32,000 nt of DNA from Qipengyuania aestuarii (lineage in GTDB: Bacteria > Pseudomonadota > Alphaproteobacteria > Sphingomonadales > Sphingomonadaceae): positions 902,318 to 934,317 of the forward strand of contig NZ_JAIGNP010000002.1 in the NCBI RefSeq assembly GCF_019711535.1, given 5' to 3'. This document shows, one piece after another, positions 25,468 to 32,000 of this stretch. Both the position numbers and the translations under genes were made by a program. The notes below the pieces were generated by a model that was not told the origin of the DNA, made no database searches, and saw only the letters and a program-made list of their open reading frames with translations. Numbering within the stretch: the first letter of the stretch is position 1; each line of letters begins with the position of its first letter.

Positions 25468-26711
25468 TTTTTCTCGAACTTATTGCGCAGGTAGATGGCG
25501 AGGCCGTTCATCAAAAGGAGGAACAGCAAGAGGACGATGATAGCAGCGCTGGTGCGCTCCACAAAGCCGCGGTCGATTTCGTCGGACCAAAGGAAAATCT
25601 GCATGGGAAGCACTGTTGCGGGCGCGGTCAAACTATCGGGCGGGCTTGCTACGAAAGCACGCATACCGATCATCAACAACGGCGCAGTCTCTCCCAATGC
25701 ACGGGCCATCCCGATGATGGTCCCTGTAAGAATGCCGGGAAGGGCGAGTGGCAGAACGTGATGGAAGACCACTTGGACCGGCGAAGCGCCAACTGCCAGA
25801 GCGCCATCACGAATGCTTGGAGGCACTGCCTTGATCGCGTTACGCCCGGCGATGACGATGACCGGCATGGTCATCAACGCTAAGGTCATCCCTCCAATCA
25901 ATGGGGCGGAGCGGTAGCTGGGGAAGACCGTCAGGAAAACGGCGAGCCCGAGCAAGCCGAAGATGATAGATGGAACGGCAGCCAAATTGTTGATCGAAAG
26001 TTCGATCAAATCCGTCCACCGGTTCTTGGGTGCGTATTCTTCAAGATACAGCGCAGCAAGCACACCGATCGGGAAAGCCAGAGCCAGAGTGACGATCATC
26101 GTCAAAATGGAGCCCTTCAGAGCGCCCCAGATACCCACCTGCTGTGGATTGGTAGCGTCAGCGCGGGTGAAGAACCCAATGTCGAAATTCTTCTCGAGTT
26201 TGCCCGCATCGGCAAGTTCAGCGGCCAGTTGACGTACGTCCTGCGAACCTTCGCCATCAAGACCGGAGGCCAGATCTGCGCTGGCGGGAATCCAGAACAC
26301 TGTTTCTCGCTGAAGAATAGCCGGATCGGCAACTATTGCCGCAGCGACATCTCTCCATGCCTGTCCGCCTATTTCAGCGGCTCCTTCGTCGCCGAGAGAT
26401 TGCTGGGCGAAATATTCAACGACCTGCGGTAAACCTTGGGATTCCAGCGACTGGACGGCGTTGCCTGTCTCGAGCGAAGACGCATCGATGGAGATCCCTG
26501 CCTCGGCGAAATCTATCGGCACTTCAACTTCGGCGCGCTGAAAGCCGCCAATGCCGTTAATGGTCATCGTGCCCAGAAGATAAAGCAGCACTAGAACCGA
26601 AAAGACGATCGCGCCGAGGCCCATGGCCTTAAACCGTTTTTCCGCGGCATAGCGCTTTTTAAGCCGCGCTTCGAAAGCTGGCGTGCGTGTGGGGGCGATC
26701 TGCTCACTCAT
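25461..26711 (-). CDS. pstA: Phosphate ABC transporter permease PstA (long form with an N-terminal periplasmic insert)
   Basis: 416 aa. One N-terminal helix, then an insert of about 150 aa that looks soluble, then a permease core with [14 protein letters not shown]. Overlaps pstC by 8 nt. Confidence 0.88.
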   Translation of the reverse strand: MSEQIAPTRTPAFEARLKKRYAAEKRFKAMGLGAIVFSVLVLLYLLGTMTINGIGGFQRAEVEVPIDFAEAGISIDASSLETGNAVQSLESQGLPQVVEYFAQQSLGDEGAAEIGGQAWRDVAAAIVADPAILQRETVFWIPASADLASGLDGEGSQDVRQLAAELADAGKLEKNFDIGFFTRADATNPQQVGIWGALKGSILTMIVTLALAFPIGVLAALYLEEYAPKNRWTDLIELSINNLAAVPSIIFGLLGLAVFLTVFPSYRSAPLIGGMTLALMTMPVIVIAGRNAIKAVPPSIRDGALAVGASPVQVVFHHVLPLALPGILTGTIIGMARALGETAPLLMIGMRAFVASPPDSLTAPATVLPMQIFLWSDEIDRGFVERTSAAIIVLLLFLLLMNGLAIYLRNKFEKKW

Positions 26712-28089
26712 AAGCTTCGCGGAACCTTTTAACGACGCGCAGGGCGATAAAGTTTAAAGCAAGCGTAACCAGGAACAGCACGAAGCCGAGTGCAAATGCG
26801 CTGAGCGTGGCCGGATGGTCGAAACTCCCCTCTCCGGTCAGCATGGCAACGATCTGGACAGTGACCGTCGTCATGGATTCCAACGGATTGGCGCTGAGAT
26901 TGGCCGCAGTAGAGGCTGCCATGACAACGATCATGGTTTCGCCGATTGCACGACTCACCGCGAGCATCACGCCGGCCACAATGCCGGGCAGTGCAGCGGG
27001 CACAAGTACCCGCCGAATGGTCTCGTTCTTGGTCGCTCCCATCGCAAGACTGCCATCCCGCATGGCCTGGGGCACGGCGGCAATGCTGTCGTCGGCCATG
27101 GATGATACGAAGGGGATGATCATCACACCCATGACGAGGCCTGCGGCAAGGGCGCTTTCGCTGGATGCCGAAGTGGCACCAAGTGAAATGGCGAAATCCC
27201 GGATCGCCGGGGCGATGGTTAGTGCGGCGAAATAGCCGTAAACGACGGTTGGAACGCCCGCGAGGATTTCCAGAGCGGGCTTGACCCATGTCCGGAGCCT
27301 CGGGTCCGCATATTGAGTGAGATAGATGGCGCTCATCAGGCCGAGAGGAATTGCCACGATCATCGCAATGATAGCGCCGATGAACAAAGTGCCCCAGAAA
27401 AGAGGGATGGCGCCGTAGCGGCTCGCATCGGGATTGGCTGCATTGGCCATCGGGTCGGGGCCCCAATGCGCACCGAACAGGAAATCGATTGGGTTGACCA
27501 TGCCGAAAAATCGGACGGTTTCGAACACCAGGCTGACAAATATCCCGAGCGTGGTCAGGATCGCCACCAGCGACGCACCCAGCAGGATCGCCATAACGAT
27601 CTTCTCGACCCGGTTGCGCGCAGCAAAGTCCGGCTTGAGGCGCAAGAATGCATACGCTCCGCCAAGAAATGCGACCAGCAGGGTGACGATAATTCCAATC
27701 CAGTTGTAGCGTGACAGCGCCTCGCGATACGGCTCGACGAACTCACGTGCCAGAGGGTTGAAAACGGCCTGAGAAGCGCCTGTCGCTACTGCGCGGGCCT
27801 CGTTGAGGATCGTTTGCCTTTGGAAGCCGAATGCGGGAAGCTGATCGGCCGCGGGGCTCGCCAGCACCGACTGCGTAATCAGCCCCGGGGCGACAGCGCT
27901 CCAGATGCCGATAAAAATCAGCACCGGAAGCACGATCCAGAGCGCCACGTACCACGCATGGTAATTGGGCAGGCTGGCGATCCGCCCATGTGAACTGGCG
28001 CGCCGGAAGGTCCACGCCCGAGCACGGGCCGCCAACCACCCGGCGAGCCCGAGCCCGAGGGCCAGGAGGAGCAGGATAGTCAGCGACAT
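26704..28089 (-). CDS. pstC: Phosphate ABC transporter permease PstC (long form)
   Basis: 461 aa polytopic protein. The permease core contains SRAIGETMIVVMA. It lies between pstS and pstA. Confidence 0.88.
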   Translation of the reverse strand: MSLTILLLLALGLGLAGWLAARARAWTFRRASSHGRIASLPNYHAWYVALWIVLPVLIFIGIWSAVAPGLITQSVLASPAADQLPAFGFQRQTILNEARAVATGASQAVFNPLAREFVEPYREALSRYNWIGIIVTLLVAFLGGAYAFLRLKPDFAARNRVEKIVMAILLGASLVAILTTLGIFVSLVFETVRFFGMVNPIDFLFGAHWGPDPMANAANPDASRYGAIPLFWGTLFIGAIIAMIVAIPLGLMSAIYLTQYADPRLRTWVKPALEILAGVPTVVYGYFAALTIAPAIRDFAISLGATSASSESALAAGLVMGVMIIPFVSSMADDSIAAVPQAMRDGSLAMGATKNETIRRVLVPAALPGIVAGVMLAVSRAIGETMIVVMAASTAANLSANPLESMTTVTVQIVAMLTGEGSFDHPATLSAFALGFVLFLVTLALNFIALRVVKRFREAYE

Positions 28090-28107
28090 CGTGAGTACAT
28101 TTGAACC

Positions 28108-29172
28108 TTACTTGAGCTCGGAGCCATCGAGCGTGTCAAAGTTTGTGGCGGCCGACATCGAGCGGTCCATCACGTCATCGGGATTGGCCACGAGGCCGAT
28201 CTTGGCAAGCGGCCCGCCGCGATTCCACATCTGCGACCACTGGCCCAGGAATTCCTTCAGGCCCGGGATGGCATCAAGGTGCGCCTTCTTTACGTAAATG
28301 TAGAGCGGACGCGCGCCGGGATATTCGAAGCTGGCGATGTTTTCGTAGGTCGGGGCAACGCCGTTCATGTTGAGGCCCTGCACCTTGTCTGCATTTTCCT
28401 CAAGATACGAATAGCCGAAAATCCCCACGGCATTCGGATTGCCTTCGATCTTCTGGACGATGAGGTTATCCTGTTCGCCCTGATCGACGTACTTGCCGTC
28501 GCTGCGGACTTCGGTGCACAGCTGGGCGTGACGATCCTCGTCGCTATCCTTCAGGGCTTCCATCTCAGCATTAGTGTCGCAGCCCGGTTCGAGGATGAGT
28601 TCCTTGAGCGCATCGCGCGTTCCCGAAGTGCTCGGCGGCCCATAAACCAGGATCTGCGTGTCCGGGAGTGACGGATCGACATCCGACCAGGTCTGATTGG
28701 TCTGTTCTTCGCCGTACGGCCGAGCTGCGAGTGCTTCGTAGACCATTTTTGGCGTTAGATTCATCGTGATGCCGCCCTTGGCCGAAGCAAGCGCGATACC
28801 GTCAAGTCCGACCTGTACTTCGATGATGTCGGTAACACCATTCTGCTGACATGTTTCGAACTCGCTTGCCTTCATGCGGCGCGAGGCGTTCGCAATGTCG
28901 GGCGTAGCAGCGCCGACGCCTTGGCAGAACAGTTTCATGCCGCCGCCCGTACCGGTCGATTCGATAATCGGCGATTTGAAGTCGGGATTGGAGCGGGTGA
29001 AGGTTTCCGACACGGCCTTGGCGAAGGGATAAACGGTCGAGGATCCGACCGCTTTGATCTGATCGCGCGATGCGCCGCCGCCGGCATCGTTGCCGCCGCA
29101 AGCTGCGAGAGTGAGGGCCGACGTGGCCGCGAGAGCGAATTTGAAAGTCTTTGTCATTGGTAGAAACCCCAT
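28108..29172 (-). CDS. pstS: Phosphate ABC transporter substrate-binding lipoprotein PstS
   Basis: Signal peptide with lipobox ALTLAAC-GG. Phosphate-binding PBP motifs are GSSTVYPF, STGTGGGMK and SGTRD. An alternative start is ATG 29157 (MTKTFKF...), 5 codons downstream. Confidence 0.85.
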   Translation of the reverse strand: MGFLPMTKTFKFALAATSALTLAACGGNDAGGGASRDQIKAVGSSTVYPFAKAVSETFTRSNPDFKSPIIESTGTGGGMKLFCQGVGAATPDIANASRRMKASEFETCQQNGVTDIIEVQVGLDGIALASAKGGITMNLTPKMVYEALAARPYGEEQTNQTWSDVDPSLPDTQILVYGPPSTSGTRDALKELILEPGCDTNAEMEALKDSDEDRHAQLCTEVRSDGKYVDQGEQDNLIVQKIEGNPNAVGIFGYSYLEENADKVQGLNMNGVAPTYENIASFEYPGARPLYIYVKKAHLDAIPGLKEFLGQWSQMWNRGGPLAKIGLVANPDDVMDRSMSAATNFDTLDGSELK

Positions 29173-29206
29173 TGGTGTCCAACTAGCCGCGCAAAAGCGC
29201 GGAATT

Positions 29207-29235
29207 GTTACGTGTTGACGACAAGAGTGTGACTT
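29207..29235 (-). promoter_or_regulatory. Weak Pho-box-like phased repeats upstream of pstS
   Basis: On the minus strand AAGTCAC, TTGTCGT and ACGTAAC start exactly 11 nt apart (complements of 29229-29235, 29218-29224 and 29207-29213). They match the E. coli half-site CTGTCAT at 4/7, 5/7 and 3/7. They lie 35-63 nt upstream of ATG 29172. Confidence 0.35.
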
Positions 29236-29284
29236 TCGCTATCGGGTCGCCGAATCTGCTAGGCGGCCCTTAACGACATCGGGA

Positions 29285-30637
29285 TCAGAAATCGACCTGC
29301 GCCCGGACCCCGACCGCGTCGACGCCGTAATCCCGGTCGCCACCGGCAGTCGGAAGGGCGGCATCATCATATTCCAGCCGGCCGTAATTGACGCTGAAAA
29401 GCGTATAGTCGGTCGGTTTCCAGATCAGTGAAGCCTGATACCCGTTCTGTATCTCGCCGACTATGCCACCGTCGTTGAGGTCCAGATAGTCGTACCGCAG
29501 GTTTACCTGAAGCGAGCCGAAACCGCCTTCTCCGACCGGGTTGGCCGGCTTGACGCGATCGAACTTACCGCCCTTGTATCCGCGCGTGTCACCTGCGGTG
29601 AGGAAATAGCCTGCTTCTGCATACCCACCGAAGAAAGCGGGGTTCGAGCCTGCGATCGGCATATCGACTTTCTGCCTGTACCCTTCCGCTACAGCATGGA
29701 AGGGGCCAGCGATCGCGGCAGCTTCCAATCCGATGCCGAATTCATTGTCGGCAGCCAGCTCGCCGCTATCGACGAACCGGGTCGACGTAAAGTGGACCAG
29801 AGGGCGCTGGCGATAACGGACGCTAGCATCCTCGTCTCCGAGATCGTTGTAATGTAGCGAGCCGGCGAAATGCAGTTGGGTGGCGCCGATCTCGGGCATG
29901 ATGGCTATCCTTCCGTCGATCCCGCGATTATCGGTTCCTGTATCTGCAAAATTATCTGTAAACACTCCGAGCTGTGCGAGAAGAATGCCGGTTCCATAGG
30001 ACGCCGATGCGCCAATCCGCCTTTCGAAGCCGAAAGCATCGGTAAAGGCTGCCCGCTCGATGAAGCTCGTGTGTAGCGAACTGGTCAGCTCTTCCAGAGA
30101 CTGAAAGTTGTTATGCTGCCCGATTGCAATCTCGAGAGGTCCGTCGTCATAGGTTAGGATCGCGTCAGCGACTGCCACCTCATCGCCGGCAAAATCGACC
30201 TCGAACTTGTATCCGAAGCCTCCTGGAAGGTCGCCCGACGCCCCGATGCGCGCGCGGCGGACTTCATTTCCAAAGCCATCGTCAGCCGAAACTGAGTCGG
30301 GAGCAGAAAGAGTGCCGGCATCGAACATGAGGCGACCGCGCGGCGTAAAACTCCATCCATCAGATTTGACCAGAGTGTTAACCGGTGCGCTGGCGGCAGG
30401 CGCCGATACCTCTTCGGGACTATCAACGACCGCGGCGGCTTGAGTAGCACTTGCGGATTTTGCCGCGGCCAAATCGGATTCCAGTTCGTCGATCCGGGAC
30501 GTCAAAGCACGAAGCTGCGCACGCATGGTCTCCAGCTCCTGTTCGGTCGAAACCTCTTGGTCCTGGGCGAAAACGGGCGTGGCAATAGTGCAGCTAAGAG
30601 CTGCGGCTATGATGGAGGGCCGAAAAGCGATCTTCAT
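29285..30637 (-). CDS. OprO/OprP-family phosphate-selective porin
   Basis: 450 aa. Signal peptide ending PVFA-QDQ, then an N-terminal coiled-coil (ELETMRAQLRALTSRIDELESDLAAAK). The remainder alternates in a beta-barrel-like pattern and ends in a C-terminal Phe (VRAQVDF). It sits immediately upstream of pstS in a Pho locus. Family assignment is by recollection of Porin_O_P-like sequences. Confidence 0.78.
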   Translation of the reverse strand: MKIAFRPSIIAAALSCTIATPVFAQDQEVSTEQELETMRAQLRALTSRIDELESDLAAAKSASATQAAAVVDSPEEVSAPAASAPVNTLVKSDGWSFTPRGRLMFDAGTLSAPDSVSADDGFGNEVRRARIGASGDLPGGFGYKFEVDFAGDEVAVADAILTYDDGPLEIAIGQHNNFQSLEELTSSLHTSFIERAAFTDAFGFERRIGASASYGTGILLAQLGVFTDNFADTGTDNRGIDGRIAIMPEIGATQLHFAGSLHYNDLGDEDASVRYRQRPLVHFTSTRFVDSGELAADNEFGIGLEAAAIAGPFHAVAEGYRQKVDMPIAGSNPAFFGGYAEAGYFLTAGDTRGYKGGKFDRVKPANPVGEGGFGSLQVNLRYDYLDLNDGGIVGEIQNGYQASLIWKPTDYTLFSVNYGRLEYDDAALPTAGGDRDYGVDAVGVRAQVDF

Positions 30638-30656
30638 GTGACGAATCTCTTACAAC

Positions 30657-30707
30657 ATGACATTTCGGCGTCGCATCTATGACCGGTACATTACGTCTTT
30701 GTGACAT
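30657..30707 (-). promoter_or_regulatory. Pho-box-like array (11-bp phased CTGTCAT-like repeats) upstream of the porin gene
   Basis: The minus strand reads ATGTCAC-AAAG-ACGTAAT-GTAC-CGGTCAT-AGAT-GCGACGC-CGAA-ATGTCAT. These are 7-mers with 4-nt spacers, all in 11-bp register. The good copies are at 30701-30707 (5/7), 30679-30685 (6/7) and 30657-30663 (6/7). They lie 20-70 nt upstream of ATG 30637. Confidence 0.45.
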
Positions 30708-30770
30708 AAGTCTGACGCAACGAGGCGGGCCGTAAACGGCCTGCGCAAGACATTGATTTTCCGGCCTTAT

Positions 30771-32000
30771 CTATTCGGCGAGGGGCAGGGTTATTTTAAC
30801 CTTGGTGCCTTCTCCGAGAGTGCTATCGATAGCGAGCTTGCCACGATGACGTTCGACGATGTGCTTGACGATCGCCAGCCCCAGTCCCGTGCCGCCGGAG
30901 GCCCGGCTGCGGCCAGGATCGGTACGATAAAAGCGGCGCGTAAGGTGAGGCAGGTGTTCCGGCGCAATGCCGTCGCCGCGATCCTGCACCGACAAAACAA
31001 CACGCTTGTCGCCCTGCGGCTGCAGGCGAACCGTGACGGGCTGGTCTTCGGAGCCATATTTCAGCGCGTTGTCGACAAGGTTGCGGACCATCTGTTCCAG
31101 CTGCTGCTCATCACCGCCGACGCTGAAGTCGCCATGTGAATCCATATCCAGTCGAACCGCGCGATCTCCCGCTGCATCACGAGTGGCGCGATCGACCAGC
31201 TTGCCGAAATCGAGAATGTGGTCGGGCAGATCATGCTTTTCAGCTTCGATCCGCGAAAGCGACATGAGGTCGCTAATCAATTGCTGGAGGCGAAGCCCTT
31301 CACGCTGAATGGTAGCAAGAAACTTGTCGCCCATCTTGGGATCGAGATCGTCGATATCTTCGCGTAACGTTTCGACATAGCCCAGAATGGAAGCGAGAGG
31401 GGTCCGCAACTCGTGGCTGGCATTGGCCACGAAATCTGTGTGCGCTCTACTGATATCCGCCTCGGCGGTCTTGTTCACGAATTCGATGATGGACAGCCCG
31501 CCTTCCAGGCTCTGGCGATTGATCCGCCAGATATCCTTGCGCCGGGCGAGGCCGCGCACGATCGCAACCCCGTCCTCACCGCTTTCCAGCAGGCTAACAG
31601 CCTCGGGCTGCCGCAGCGCCATACGGGCGTCCTGTCCAAGGATGTGCGATCCGAGAAGGCGGCGCGAGGCCAGATTGGCGATCACGACCCGGCCATTCTC
31701 GATTACGATGACAGGGCTCTCGGAATGTTCAAGCAGATCGCCTATGTTCTCGCGGGAGATCCCGCCATTCTTGCGCTTTTCCACCGGGGGCGGCGGAGGT
31801 CCGCCTACAAGCCAGAGCGAGCCAGCCCAGACCAAAAGCATGAGCAGAATCGGGAGGGTGGGGAGGCCGAGAATGATCAGGCCCGTGGCCGTGGCGAGTG
31901 CCAGCGCAAAACCGGACCAGGGAAAGGGACGGGAAGTCATTATGACCAGGCGCTTAGCGGCCCGGGGCGGTGGGCGCCAGCCCGGCAAACCGATTGTCAT
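30771..32000 (-). CDS. phoR: Phosphate regulon sensor histidine kinase PhoR
   Basis: N-terminal TM hairpin, PAS-like segment, H-box FVANASHELRTPL, and ATPase boxes NLVDNALKYG, DRGDGI, GGTGLGLAIVKH. The reading frame runs to the window edge. Candidate starts are ATG 32000 (the last codon of the window) or ATG 31940 (MTSRPFPW...), so the true 5' end is uncertain. Confidence 0.85.
   Translation of the reverse strand: MTIGLPGWRPPPRAAKRLVIMTSRPFPWSGFALALATATGLIILGLPTLPILLMLLVWAGSLWLVGGPPPPPVEKRKNGGISRENIGDLLEHSESPVIVIENGRVVIANLASRRLLGSHILGQDARMALRQPEAVSLLESGEDGVAIVRGLARRKDIWRINRQSLEGGLSIIEFVNKTAEADISRAHTDFVANASHELRTPLASILGYVETLREDIDDLDPKMGDKFLATIQREGLRLQQLISDLMSLSRIEAEKHDLPDHILDFGKLVDRATRDAAGDRAVRLDMDSHGDFSVGGDEQQLEQMVRNLVDNALKYGSEDQPVTVRLQPQGDKRVVLSVQDRGDGIAPEHLPHLTRRFYRTDPGRSRASGGTGLGLAIVKHIVERHRGKLAIDSTLGEGTKVKITLPLAE

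Noticed and set aside
1-32000. Looked for CRISPR repeats, tRNA/rRNA, IS elements, integrases, toxin-antitoxin or defence-island genes.
   Set aside because: None recognised. Every intergenic region is short (under about 200 nt), and all large ORFs have housekeeping, regulatory or transport assignments.

Overview
Chromosomal window, moderately GC-rich by eye. Gene content and regulatory motifs point to an alphaproteobacterium, probably Sphingomonadales-like: PrsK/PrsR, an extensin-like protein, GAAC-N7-GAAC SOS boxes and a GGAAC-N17-CGTT EcfG-type promoter. I call 27 CDSs and found no rRNA, tRNA, CRISPR array, transposase or integrase. Layout: (1) 1-4769, the 3' part of a ScfR-like regulator, a small stress-type membrane protein, and the PEP-CTERM two-component pair prsK-prsR. 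(2) 4801-11465, transporters (SBF-like, DUF475/TerC-like, NSS, APC), panB and a PNPOx-like stress protein. (3) 11572-21856, the SOS mutagenesis locus. (4) 21880-23240, a LysE exporter and an extensin-like (M15-like) protein. (5) 23241-32000, minus strand, the Pho locus phoR / OprO-P-type porin / pstSCAB / phoU / phoB with phased Pho-box-like repeats. The most interesting part is the SOS locus. imuA-imuB sits behind one perfect GAAC-N7-GAAC box. dnaE2 is separated from them and appears to be the third gene of a second SOS-boxed operon. Its first two genes are an uncharacterised radical-SAM/HhH protein and a DUF4130 fusion whose C-terminal UDG domain carries the UdgX signature (GEQPG, KRRLH, HPSYLLR). 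All functional calls come from reading the translations and motifs by eye; no database search was run.
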